Source: Bacteroidota bacterium
Lineage (GTDB): Bacteria > Bacteroidota > Bacteroidia > AKYH767-A > 2013-40CM-41-45
DNA: 64,000 nucleotides
Direction of reading: 5' to 3'
Assembly: GCA_026391945.1 (NCBI GenBank)
Contig: JAPLDA010000077.1
Span: forward strand, 14,553 to 78,552
Below the pieces are notes generated by a model. That model saw only the letters and a list, made by a program, of their open reading frames with translations. It was not told where the DNA came from and searched no databases. Each line of letters opens with the position of its first letter. The first letter of the stretch is position 1. Below, one piece after another: positions 1 to 10,016 of the stretch. The position numbers were made by a program, and so were the translations under genes.

Positions 1-1
1 T

Positions 2-1975
2 GGCAATACAGGTCCTAACCTGAATTTCCAGGTGAAGTTATACGAATCAACCAATAACGTAGAGTTCATTTATGGCACCATGGAAGGATTCAATGGTACA
101 TCCAATAATATTTTTACCTATTCATGCGGCATCAATGCAAGTTACATCAGCACAATTCCCGCAACCGGGGAATTGCTTTGTCAGCAACTTGCCAATACAA
201 GAAGTTTCGGAAAGAATGTAGTGAACAACCTCACTGCTGTTCCTGATTGCAACAGCAAGGTTACATTTACCTTGGGTAATTACACCATATATGTTCCTGT
301 AGTTACAACTGTATCCAATGATGAGCCAGCTGGGGCAATTGCTCTTTCGGTGAATTCGTCGCCCTGTGTTTCACTTTGCGGAACATATTATTCATCGGCT
401 GGTGCCACTTTATCATCTGCCGTACCGGTTTGTACTGGAAATGCAGATGATGATGTTTGGTTTTCATTTGTTGCAACAAATCCATCAACCACCATAAAGG
501 TTCTGAATTCAGGTGGTTATGACGCTGTGGTGCAGTTACTGAATAGTTCGCTTGCCAGCATCACCTGTCAGAATTCAACAGGCCAGGGATTAACGGAATC
601 AATTGTAACCGCAGGCACTTTAACGGTAGGCAACACGTATTATGTTCGGGTATATAATTCCAGTGCCGGCTCAGGATTCAACGGTAAATTTTCAATCTGT
701 ATCAGCGCAACGCTCTTGCCTCCTTCCAATGATAACTGCAGCGGAGCAATTATTCTCGCCGAAGGAACCAGCCTCTCGTTAATCAACGGTTCGAATACAC
801 TTGCAGCGACTGCCTCAACCGGTGTTCCTTCTCCATGCAATTCAACTGTTGCTGATGATGACGTGTGGTATTCATTTACATCCATTGCCACTGTTGCAAC
901 CATCGTAGTTCAAAGCGGAATCGGCTTTGATGCAGCCGTGGAGTTATTCTCCGGAAATTGTGCCTCATTAACTGTACTTCAATGTGCAAATGCGACCAGT
1001 ACAGATGGAACAGAAACAATTAATTTAACCGGACTTTCAGTGGGCCTCGTTTATTACATCAGGGTGTATCATGCATCCATTGGCGCCGGGACAGGAAGTT
1101 TCAGGCTTGGCGTTTATGCAACAGCACCTGTTTGTCCAACAAGTTTTAACCCGGCCAACGGTACTGCTCACGTCGATATCAACGGAATCACACTCTCCTG
1201 GCAAAAAGTGAGTGACGTTACCGGATACGATGTTTACATGGATGTTGTGAATCCACCCATTCATTTGCAGGTATCCAATACACCGGATACCAGCATCATC
1301 ACGGGTGCACTGACAGCTGGAAATATTTATTACTGGAAAGTTATTCCACGCAACGGAAGTGTAACCGGCAGCGGTTGTTTCGTCAATGTATTTTCACCAC
1401 CGCAGCCTGATGCAGGTTTGTATGTGAAGGTATTCATTGAAGGATTTTATTTAGGTGGAGGAATGATGCAAGCCGTTGTGGATCCCGTAAACAGGCCGGG
1501 AGTTACCGATACGATTCATGTATCACTTGCAAGAAATGTTTCTCCTTACGACATCATGTACACTTGCAAAGCCATTCTGAATACCAATGGAATGGCGCAT
1601 TGTTTTTTCCCTGCACAGGCTCTTTTGGGAAATTATTACATCGTGGTGAATCATCGCAACGCCCTTGAAACATGGAGCTACCAACCGTTCGGGTACAATA
1701 CAAACGATACCACTTTTAATTTCAGCAGTCCGCGAAATTCCGCTTTGCGTGTGGGCCGTAACCAACAGCCAGTGATTCGTCATCCGAATGCTCCACATGC
1801 CAATCAAAATAATCCGGGTTCACCGGTTGATGATCTGCCACTTCCTCTCAGGAACCAGGTTCCGTTGATTTCCCCTGAATTGAATTTTGAAAAAATATTT
1901 TTGCCGGAAGAAATTTTTGAAGATCCGTTGGCGTTGAACAATTTATTTTTTGAAAATATCGTCCGCATGCCTTAG
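2..1975 (+). CDS. Large secreted/surface protein, 5'-partial (open frame runs off the window start): two ND.C..AI.L...DDDVWFSF repeat domains, an FN3-like domain and a C-terminal VKVFIEGFY module
   Basis: Frame 2 is open from base 2 (GNTGPNLNFQVKLYESTNN), so the GTG at 32 is internal. Two related modules (NDEPAGAIAL...DDDVWFSFVAT and NDNCSGAIIL...DDDVWYSFTSI) are followed by FN3-like LSWQKVSDVTGYDVY...YYWKVIP. Confidence 0.75.
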   Translation, partial: GNTGPNLNFQVKLYESTNNVEFIYGTMEGFNGTSNNIFTYSCGINASYISTIPATGELLCQQLANTRSFGKNVVNNLTAVPDCNSKVTFTLGNYTIYVPVVTTVSNDEPAGAIALSVNSSPCVSLCGTYYSSAGATLSSAVPVCTGNADDDVWFSFVATNPSTTIKVLNSGGYDAVVQLLNSSLASITCQNSTGQGLTESIVTAGTLTVGNTYYVRVYNSSAGSGFNGKFSICISATLLPPSNDNCSGAIILAEGTSLSLINGSNTLAATASTGVPSPCNSTVADDDVWYSFTSIATVATIVVQSGIGFDAAVELFSGNCASLTVLQCANATSTDGTETINLTGLSVGLVYYIRVYHASIGAGTGSFRLGVYATAPVCPTSFNPANGTAHVDINGITLSWQKVSDVTGYDVYMDVVNPPIHLQVSNTPDTSIITGALTAGNIYYWKVIPRNGSVTGSGCFVNVFSPPQPDAGLYVKVFIEGFYLGGGMMQAVVDPVNRPGVTDTIHVSLARNVSPYDIMYTCKAILNTNGMAHCFFPAQALLGNYYIVVNHRNALETWSYQPFGYNTNDTTFNFSSPRNSALRVGRNQQPVIRHPNAPHANQNNPGSPVDDLPLPLRNQVPLISPELNFEKIFLPEEIFEDPLALNNLFFENIVRMP

Positions 1976-2244
1976 CTCCGGAACCCGGGTAATTGATTCA
2001 ATCTTTTCGATAATTTGTTGATTTCTTCCCCATTCGAATCGGCTTTTTTACCCTTTCGATGTATACCTTTACAAACACATTCTAACATTTTACCAAGTTC
2101 AGCATTTTGTTAGCAATTATTAGATTGACTAAATGCTAATATTCAGCTACTTTCAAAGTTGATTTGAACCATCAGTCCTTAATCTTTCCATTAAGAAAAC
2201 TGGTTGCGAATTACCGTGTTTGAGATTCAAACAAATCAAATTCA

Positions 2245-5200
2245 TTGAAAGATAAACGAAATCGTTTCATGCCCTCTGTCATTCTCATTAATTTAACAGG
2301 AAGGAAAATATTCCATGGAATTTCTATGGGAGTTGTTTTTTTTCTTTCGTTATGGAATGCAGAAAGTTGCTTTTCGCAGGCCATATCTGTAAACAGCGGA
2401 AACTGGTTTTCTGCTTCCACCTGGTTAGGTGGAGTGATTCCTGTTGCCGGACAGGATGTTGTGATTTCAGCCGGTGATTCGGTGGTAGTGACTGGCACCA
2501 CACCAATCGTGAATGACATCGCCATCACCGGTATTTTAACCATCCATTCCGCTGCTTCATGCGCGCTCGTGACCAATGGGAACATCACCATCAACGGCAC
2601 CGTTTATAATAACGGAAGCCTGCAACTGACAGTGGCCGGAAAAATATTCACCATGAATGCCGGCTCTTTTTTTTACCACAATCCCAGGAATAATGTAACC
2701 GCTGATGAAACCATTTTCATCAACGGAATAGAGAACTTTGATACGACCAGTACACTCGTCATTCAAAAGTGGAGCAATGGTTCCATTCCACTCACTTGCC
2801 CCGGAAGGATTTCTTCTGATTTGGGAAACATCATTCTCAGTGCCCCTATCGGCTGGAACCAGATGGGTTTCTTTTCAACGAACAGGATCAAGGGAAAACT
2901 CACGGTTACAGATGGCAGCATTTTAATGGATGACGGAAGCCTCATTGCTTCCACTTCTCTTAACCTGAAAGACGTACTGATCACAGGAAACGGGAACATC
3001 GTATTCCAGACCGGGCTTAACAGGCCGTTTTACCTGACTACAGGAACATTCATTGACAGCAGCCACTCCGCACTTTCGACAATCATCATGAACGGTTCTT
3101 ACGGAAATTTGAATTTCACTGTGAACGGTGATCTTTACCTCAGCCATACTTTCAGCGCCATTCTCGGAACATACAATGAACCCTGCAACAGCCCTCAAAT
3201 AAATGTAAGTGGAAATTTTTCCATTGCCGGCGGAACCATTGAATTAATCAAACAGGTTGATGCAAGCCCGCAGATCAATGTTAGCGGAACCACCTCCATC
3301 TCCGGATCGCCGGCGAAGGTGAATTTTATTGACGGCAACACAGGCAGTCTTACTTTCAACACCGGGAACCTTTCCATTTCAGGTGGAAATTCGAATTGGA
3401 TATTCGGTGGAAATAATCCTTCCATACCCAAATCCACAGGCGGTGCCACCCTGAACATTGCCGGTGATTTTACAATCTCAGGCACATCCAATACTATTTT
3501 CGGAAATGCAGATACGACGTTTAACAAAGTGAGAATCTCCGTCGGAAGGGATTTTATCATGAATGGAACGGGCGCATCCTTTACCGGTGCAAATACCAAC
3601 GGGCCTTTTACATTCAAAGCAGCCCGAAATTTTACGATCACTTCCGGGAAATTTACGGGGCAGTCGAGTTCGATAAATGCTTCAACTGACTCTGTCATTA
3701 CCGGGGTTGATTTCACTTTCAATTCAGCGGCAGGATCTGATTACTTCCGTGCAAACAATGGCGGCGGAACAACCTTCATCACCACAACCGGTAATTTCAA
3801 CATCCTGAATTCCGGAACCGGTCCTGGAGAAGGCGTCACCGGAATTTACAACAACAACGGAAACCTGACGTTCACTGCGGGAGGATATTTCCTTCAGAAC
3901 AACGGACAATTTTCCGGCATTTACAACGGCGGCGGAAACCTGACTTTCAACACGAACGGAATACTGGATGTGAACGGCGGAGTTTTCAAAGCAATCAACA
4001 ATTCTGTTTCATCCGTACCCGGAACCATTTCTTTTGCTACGAATGCCATCGACTATGATGGCGGTTTCTTCAGTGTGTATTATGCTTCCAATACAAGTTC
4101 AGCGACGGGAACGATAACCGTTCAGAACAACTGTAAAGTAAATTTTACATCACCATCCGATCAATTCAGTTTTGCCGGGCTGGCTTTTGTAAGCCCGAAC
4201 AACAATTCGCTCTTATTGAATCTCCTCATCAAAGGCGATCTCAACATCGGAGGTGCAAACGGAACATTTGTTTCCAGCCACTCTGAAGGGAACGAAATAA
4301 TTGTCATCGGCGGCAACCTGAATATTTCCAATGGAAGTATCAGTTTCAATTCCATTCAAAACTCCGGTTATCCGAATGGACACAATGTGGCACTCACCAT
4401 CGGCAGGAACCTGAGTGTAAGTGGCGGAAATACTTTCCTGTCGGCCATGTTAGGCACACTTATTCTTACTGATTCCGGAAATGTGGCGATTACCGGCGGC
4501 ACCTTATCCGTGAAAGGCGGTGACGGATCAGGAACCTTCAATATCCTGGGAGGATATACCCAATCATCCGGAACATTTTACCTGCACAATTCCTCGAATG
4601 ACGGTACTTCAAACAGCATCACTTTAGTTGTAAACTCAAACGATGATGGAAACGGTGACTTTGTTCAAAGCGGGGGAATCTTCAATTTTGAAAATTGTTC
4701 CATTGCACCACCTGCCGCAAATTCAACCAACGTCAACCATGTTTTGAATATCAAGAGTCCAAATTATTCCATTGGCCCGGGAGGTTCGATGACGAATGCG
4801 TTTGCAGGCACGGGAAACTATTTCGGCATTTTGAATTTTTCTCATACGGGCACCATGAACTTTTCACGATCCAGCACGCATTCGGTTCAGCAGGTAAAAC
4901 AGGTTATTGTTTCCGGGACAGTTTTAGATGTTGTTTCCGGAAATCTTCAGCTGGCATCTTTCGCTACTCCTGCCCTGGACATGCTTAGCATACAGAACAA
5001 CGCTACGCTCGTCCTGAGAGCAAACCAGGTTTACTCCAATGCAGCTGCTGCGAATTCCGGATTGCTGATGTACCAGGGATCAAGGTTGAAAACCCAGCAC
5101 CCGAACGGCTTGTATAACAACACCACTTCCGCTGCCATCAGTTCTGCCGGCAACATGAATTATTTCCTTGATGCAAAAAGCACGGTTGAATACAACGGGA

Positions 5201-6519
5201 CACACAACCAGGTGATATCCGGTACCGGTCTTGGCAATGCTACACTTTTCTATCACCAGTACGGGAACCTGGAAATAAATTTCGGAGGCATTCCTGATTC
5301 AGAGTTTGTGTACCCGACCAACAACCCGACTGTCAATTCTGTTTGTATCCGTTCGCGACTCATCCTTACTGCAGGTGAATTGAATCTTGACAACGATCAC
5401 GATGGTTCAAACGGCGGCGGCAGAATTCTCTATGTAGCCAATGATTCGGTTACCGGAATTGTCAGAACCAGCGGTTACATCAGGAGTGAAATCAGCGATG
5501 GCTCAGGACTGGTCAGGTGGCTGATGAATTCAAAAACAGGCGCACATGTATTTCCATTCGGCTACAATTCTTCCACGTATGTGCCATTTACATTCAATCC
5601 GTCATCCGGAACTTCCGGTGAGGTAACGGCTGGAACTTATCATTCCGATCCATTTAATCTCCCGATGCCACCTACCGTCACCCAGGTTCATGATCTGCTT
5701 GGTGGTGACAACAGTTCGAATACAGTTGATCGTTACTGGTACCTGAATGTATCAGGAACCATCAGCAGTGCCAACCTGACTTTCACGGCGTCGCCGGCAG
5801 AGTTCGGTTCCATTTCAAATCCCAAAGCCCAACGATGGATAGTATCAACAGGAGGCTGGGAACTTCCGCAGGGAACACAATCCTATTTTATGAACGGAAC
5901 ATTGGCGGCTAACATTCCACGTTTTGCAAACTGGTGGGCGCTTGCCGGAAATTCATCACCGCTGCCAGTAGACCTGGTTCATTTCTCAGCATCCTGCGAT
6001 CAGCATCGCGTAAACATTTCCTGGTCGACTGCAACGGAAGTGCATAACGACCACTTCAGCATCGAACGAAGTATGAACGGGTATTCGTATGAAGTGATCG
6101 GAACGGTGCGGGGAGCCGGGAACAGTAGCGTTCAGAATAATTATTCTTTTACGGATGAACACCCGGTTGCCGGGAATGCCTATTACCGGCTCGCACAAAC
6201 CGACTATGACGGCGTTGCAAAAACATACGATCCGGCGATGGTACAATCCTGTGAGGATACGAAACATCTTTCTGTGAGCATCTACCAGGATGAAAACAAC
6301 ATCATCAACCTACTGATACAGTCAGGAAACCATGAATCCATTGTCATCACTGTTTTTGATGTGACAGGAAAAAAACTGCTTCAGAAAAATTCATCACTCG
6401 TTGTTGGCGACAACATCATAAAACTAAATATGACTGAATTCAGTTCAGGAATTTACCTCCTGCAGATTTCAGGTGATGAGGATGTTCTCACCAAAAAGTT
6501 TGAACTGAATAAGCGATGA
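2245..6519 (+). CDS. T9SS type A sorting domain-containing protein, 1424 aa, with a Gly/Asn/Thr-rich beta-helix-like passenger
   Basis: PLPVDLVHFSASC Ig-like domain, then a type A CTD (VFDVTGKKL...FSSGIYLLQI...TKKFELNKR). The true start is uncertain (TTG 2245, or an internal ATG nearer the signal peptide). Confidence 0.85.
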   Translation: MKDKRNRFMPSVILINLTGRKIFHGISMGVVFFLSLWNAESCFSQAISVNSGNWFSASTWLGGVIPVAGQDVVISAGDSVVVTGTTPIVNDIAITGILTIHSAASCALVTNGNITINGTVYNNGSLQLTVAGKIFTMNAGSFFYHNPRNNVTADETIFINGIENFDTTSTLVIQKWSNGSIPLTCPGRISSDLGNIILSAPIGWNQMGFFSTNRIKGKLTVTDGSILMDDGSLIASTSLNLKDVLITGNGNIVFQTGLNRPFYLTTGTFIDSSHSALSTIIMNGSYGNLNFTVNGDLYLSHTFSAILGTYNEPCNSPQINVSGNFSIAGGTIELIKQVDASPQINVSGTTSISGSPAKVNFIDGNTGSLTFNTGNLSISGGNSNWIFGGNNPSIPKSTGGATLNIAGDFTISGTSNTIFGNADTTFNKVRISVGRDFIMNGTGASFTGANTNGPFTFKAARNFTITSGKFTGQSSSINASTDSVITGVDFTFNSAAGSDYFRANNGGGTTFITTTGNFNILNSGTGPGEGVTGIYNNNGNLTFTAGGYFLQNNGQFSGIYNGGGNLTFNTNGILDVNGGVFKAINNSVSSVPGTISFATNAIDYDGGFFSVYYASNTSSATGTITVQNNCKVNFTSPSDQFSFAGLAFVSPNNNSLLLNLLIKGDLNIGGANGTFVSSHSEGNEIIVIGGNLNISNGSISFNSIQNSGYPNGHNVALTIGRNLSVSGGNTFLSAMLGTLILTDSGNVAITGGTLSVKGGDGSGTFNILGGYTQSSGTFYLHNSSNDGTSNSITLVVNSNDDGNGDFVQSGGIFNFENCSIAPPAANSTNVNHVLNIKSPNYSIGPGGSMTNAFAGTGNYFGILNFSHTGTMNFSRSSTHSVQQVKQVIVSGTVLDVVSGNLQLASFATPALDMLSIQNNATLVLRANQVYSNAAAANSGLLMYQGSRLKTQHPNGLYNNTTSAAISSAGNMNYFLDAKSTVEYNGTHNQVISGTGLGNATLFYHQYGNLEINFGGIPDSEFVYPTNNPTVNSVCIRSRLILTAGELNLDNDHDGSNGGGRILYVANDSVTGIVRTSGYIRSEISDGSGLVRWLMNSKTGAHVFPFGYNSSTYVPFTFNPSSGTSGEVTAGTYHSDPFNLPMPPTVTQVHDLLGGDNSSNTVDRYWYLNVSGTISSANLTFTASPAEFGSISNPKAQRWIVSTGGWELPQGTQSYFMNGTLAANIPRFANWWALAGNSSPLPVDLVHFSASCDQHRVNISWSTATEVHNDHFSIERSMNGYSYEVIGTVRGAGNSSVQNNYSFTDEHPVAGNAYYRLAQTDYDGVAKTYDPAMVQSCEDTKHLSVSIYQDENNIINLLIQSGNHESIVITVFDVTGKKLLQKNSSLVVGDNIIKLNMTEFSSGIYLLQISGDEDVLTKKFELNKR

Positions 6520-6545
6520 CCGGTGAAAAAATATTTTCACAACGG

Positions 6546-7316
6546 CTACTTCCCGACTTTTTCAAACTGCTTGCTGATTTTTTCATTCTCCGGCAGGAGT
6601 CCTTTTGCAAACTGAATGGTGCTTTTCGCTTTGGCAGCATCTTTTGCATCGGCGAGATAATCCGTATACAAAATAAATGACTGGGCAAGAATGTCGGCCT
6701 GGTCGTATTCGAACCGGGTGTTTCCATCGTCTTTTCTTTTCTTGAGCAGGTTCATGCCTGCATCGATGTTCCGCTCCCCTTCCGGTTTCACATCGCAATG
6801 CAGCAGGTAAACACCGCTGGTGATCAGCATGCCTTCGTCTTTGTCATAACTTTTGGCAATGTCGCGGGCGATGTTCTGAAGGTTTTTATAATCTTTTTTT
6901 CCATCGAGGTTTGCACATTCCAGCAAAGCACCTTTCATGAGGTCGCGCATAAAGTCTGAATTCTCTTTCTGTATATCTCCGCTCTTGTCTTTTTTCTTAA
7001 ACCTCCCGATGAAACTGAGCGCTTTCCGCAAAGGATCCTTGAACTTTTTCATATCAAAACTTTCCTGGTCCTGGTGAATGGCGAAATAAGACATGCTCAT
7101 GTACAGGTACGGATAAGGGCTTCTTGCCGTGTTATCGCTTTTAATATAACCCTCACATTCATCGATGCACTTTACAAATTTATCCATGGTGAAAAGGTTC
7201 GCGAGTTTGTTGTAAATTTTCTCGTCGTCTTTGCTGTAATCTTTTTGATTCTTTTGTGCACTTGCCGTGAGAACCATGACCAGGCAGGCAATCATAACAG
7301 GAATGTACTTTTTCAT
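6546..7316 (-). CDS. Hypothetical exported alpha-helical (TPR-like) protein
   Basis: 256-aa ORF with signal peptide MKKYIPVMIACLVMVLTASAQ and a charged helical body; fills the gap between flanking genes. Confidence 0.7.
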   Translation of the reverse strand: MKKYIPVMIACLVMVLTASAQKNQKDYSKDDEKIYNKLANLFTMDKFVKCIDECEGYIKSDNTARSPYPYLYMSMSYFAIHQDQESFDMKKFKDPLRKALSFIGRFKKKDKSGDIQKENSDFMRDLMKGALLECANLDGKKDYKNLQNIARDIAKSYDKDEGMLITSGVYLLHCDVKPEGERNIDAGMNLLKKRKDDGNTRFEYDQADILAQSFILYTDYLADAKDAAKAKSTIQFAKGLLPENEKISKQFEKVGK

Positions 7317-7393
7317 ATTTCAGATTTTTTGGATGCAACCAAATGTAGAAAAAAAATAAATGTAAAATTTCCCGGAAGGTGAAATTATTATTT

Positions 7394-7401
7394 TACTTTT
7401 G
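7394..7401 (+). promoter_or_regulatory. Bacteroidota -7 promoter element (TACTTTTG) for the riboswitch-btuB transcript
   Basis: Matches TAnnTTTG and lies directly upstream of the riboswitch 5' end. Confidence 0.65.
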
Positions 7402-7402
7402 G

Positions 7403-7603
7403 CCCTGAAAGGTTGACACCTGTTGTGTCATGAAAAGGGAATCGTGTGTAAATCACGAACAGTTCCCGCTGCTGTAAGCTCTTTTGAAAGCAATCCGAAT
7501 CGTTGATTGTTATTCAAACCGGTTTCTGAAAATTTCTGCCACTGTCTTCAAAGATATAGACGGGAAGGATTCAGGAATAGAGCAAGTCAGAAGACCTGCC
7601 TTT
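7403..7603 (+). ncRNA. Cobalamin (B12) riboswitch
   Basis: Canonical motifs in order: AAAAGGGAA (7433-7441), TCGTG-TGTAAAT-CACGA hairpin, TTCCCGCTGCTGTAA (7463-7477), GCCACTG (7538-7544), GGGAAGG (7562-7568), AGTCAGAAGACCTGCC (7585-7600). Lies upstream of a TonB-dependent receptor. Confidence 0.93.
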
Positions 7604-7727
7604 CAAAAAAAATCAATTCAGTGCTTTCGGGTAAAAAGCAAGATTGGAAATGTTATTCATTCCCTTTTCTTTTATCCGTCTTCACCGTGAACCCGGTATG
7701 AATAATTATTTTATAAAATAAATTCCA

Positions 7728-9905
7728 ATGACAAAAAAAATCCTGCCTGCCATTCCTTTCATCCTGGTTGTTGTGTTTGCGAATAACATGTTGGCACAAA
7801 CAAAAGACACCTCACAGGTAAAAACATTAAGAGAAGTCGTGGTGACGGCAACCCGGACTGAAAAAGATCCATCGGATGTCGGCAGAAGTGTTACCGTGAT
7901 CGGGAAAGACGAAATCAGCGGGTCCATTTACAACAGTGTTGCAGAATTGCTTTCTGCCAGCGAAGGAATCTACATCACGGGAACCGGACAAAACCCGGGA
8001 ATGAATCAAAGTATTTTTTTGAGAGGAGCGAACAGCAACCAAGTGCTGATCATGGTGGATGGAATCCGCGTGAACGAAGCATCCACCGTCAACAATACCA
8101 TCGACTTGTCAGAACTTCCTTTAGCCGGAATCGAACGGATCGAAATCATACGCGGTTCTCACAGCACACTGTACGGATCCTCTGCCATTGGCGGGGTCAT
8201 CAACATCATCACCAATAAAAAATACCGGGAAGGATTTCATTCGGAAACAGAATTGAAAACCGGCGCGTTTGGAAAAGGAACTTCAGAGATGGGCGCCAAT
8301 GCGGTGATGAATTACGGATTCAAAAACGGAATCTTTGCCGGTGCATCCGTTGACGAATTTCATACCAACGGCCTGGATGCAACCGTTGACACCGTAACCG
8401 ACCCGGCGGTTTACAAACACCGCGACCGTGACAACTGGAATAAATTCAGTTACAAAGCAACTGCCGGCTACCAAAACCAAAAATTACTTGCCCGGTTTTC
8501 TTATCACGATCTGAAAATGAAAACTGATCTCGACAAATCAGCCTACACCGATGATGATAATTACAAACTGGATTTCACCAGGAAAAATTACGCCCTGTTT
8601 GCAGATTATCATTTCAACAGCAACCTGTCGTTTCAATTAAACGGGAGCCGGTCTGTTTCACAGCGGAACGCTGTCAACGATTCTTCAGTGATCCAGGGCG
8701 GTGGCTACGATCATACTTTTACACGAAGCAATTATTCGGGAACATGCTCTTCTGCAGAAGCGCTCTTCAGCATGAAATTAAAATCGATGGAAAACGTAGC
8801 CGGGTTTTCATTTTCGAAAGAAGAAATGAACCAGCAGAATTACATTTACTCTTTTAATTATGGCTCCCTGTTTGAGTTGAACAACAACCTCGATTCCGTT
8901 AACCCGCATGCAAGGGTTGCAGGTGCATTTTTTCAAACCGATATGAATGGAACGCTGGTGAATGAGAACCTTGCTGACGTTCACCTGCTCGCCGGCGTCC
9001 GAATGAATCACCATGAATTGTTTGGCCGATTCATCACCTATGAAATAAATCCTTCCTGGCATGTCAATGAACACACTGTTTTTTATTCTTCTTTCTCAAC
9101 AGGATTCAATGCTCCTTCCCTCTATGAACTTTTTACTCCCGACCGTTACTACACCAGCAACCTTTCCCTTGGCAACAAGAAACTGAAACCTGAAAAATCC
9201 AAGTCGTTTGAAATCGGCATCAGGCAAAAACCGGATGCAGGCGTTTCCTATTCATTCTCTGTATTTTCATCCACGACTGAAAATGAAATTGAATACGTTT
9301 ATCTATGGGATAAAAACATCGGGCTCGATACTCTTGGCAACGACTGGATGCGGGATGACTACAGGGGCGATAAGTACATCAACATCGGTACACAAACGAT
9401 ACATGGAATGGAAATCAGCTTGCATGCAAAACTCAGCGATCAGTTAAGTTTCCAGGCAAACGTAAGTTTAATTGCCGGAAAAACTGAATATGATCCATCC
9501 GGAATTGACACGTCAGAAACAGGCGGTAACCATGTACAATTGTACAGCACCGGTGCATTCTTGACCAAACAGGTTACTGCGTTGGGATTAACACGCAGGC
9601 CTTCGACAGCCGCCATTTCCCTGCAGTATAACACAACGAAACATTTGACGGCCAGCCTGAACGCCCGGTATGCCGGAGCCCGTACTGATGTTTATTATGA
9701 TTCCCATCTCGGTCCCTATGGAGCCCTCGCCACCAAAGAAGTTGAAGACTATGCATTACTCGATGTCAACTTCCGCTATGCTGTTACTAAAAACCTGGCG
9801 GGTTTGTTCAGGATCGAAAATATTTTCGACACCCGTTACAGCGAAGTCAATGGATACACAACCCGCGGTCGCGGCTTCTATCTTTCATTGAAAATAATCA
9901 TCTGA
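7728..9905 (+). CDS. btuB: TonB-dependent cobalamin receptor (BtuB-like)
   Basis: TonB-box-like EVVVTATR, plug motifs (FLRGANSNQVLIMVDG; IERIEIIRGSHSTLYGSSAIGGVINIIT), C-terminal ENIFDTRY...GRGFYLSL, and the upstream B12 riboswitch. Confidence 0.85.
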   Translation: MTKKILPAIPFILVVVFANNMLAQTKDTSQVKTLREVVVTATRTEKDPSDVGRSVTVIGKDEISGSIYNSVAELLSASEGIYITGTGQNPGMNQSIFLRGANSNQVLIMVDGIRVNEASTVNNTIDLSELPLAGIERIEIIRGSHSTLYGSSAIGGVINIITNKKYREGFHSETELKTGAFGKGTSEMGANAVMNYGFKNGIFAGASVDEFHTNGLDATVDTVTDPAVYKHRDRDNWNKFSYKATAGYQNQKLLARFSYHDLKMKTDLDKSAYTDDDNYKLDFTRKNYALFADYHFNSNLSFQLNGSRSVSQRNAVNDSSVIQGGGYDHTFTRSNYSGTCSSAEALFSMKLKSMENVAGFSFSKEEMNQQNYIYSFNYGSLFELNNNLDSVNPHARVAGAFFQTDMNGTLVNENLADVHLLAGVRMNHHELFGRFITYEINPSWHVNEHTVFYSSFSTGFNAPSLYELFTPDRYYTSNLSLGNKKLKPEKSKSFEIGIRQKPDAGVSYSFSVFSSTTENEIEYVYLWDKNIGLDTLGNDWMRDDYRGDKYINIGTQTIHGMEISLHAKLSDQLSFQANVSLIAGKTEYDPSGIDTSETGGNHVQLYSTGAFLTKQVTALGLTRRPSTAAISLQYNTTKHLTASLNARYAGARTDVYYDSHLGPYGALATKEVEDYALLDVNFRYAVTKNLAGLFRIENIFDTRYSEVNGYTTRGRGFYLSLKIII

Positions 9906-9986
9906 TTGAGGATGGGTTCAATAATAACACCCGGCTTAAAAACAAAAGATGCCCCTTCTGAATTTTAATATTCATAAAATTTCACG

Positions 9987-9994
9987 TAGGTTTG
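9987..9994 (+). promoter_or_regulatory. Putative -7 promoter element (TAGGTTTG) upstream of the DUF6580-like gene
   Basis: Exact TAnnTTTG match 23 nt before the ATG at 10017. Confidence 0.45.
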
Positions 9995-10016
9995 TCATCA
10001 CTAAATTCCGAACACC

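Noticed and set aside
6546-7316. Divergent helical protein as part of the B12 system
   Set aside because: It is on the opposite strand, upstream of the riboswitch promoter, and has no BtuG propeller or BtuF features. Only proximity links it.
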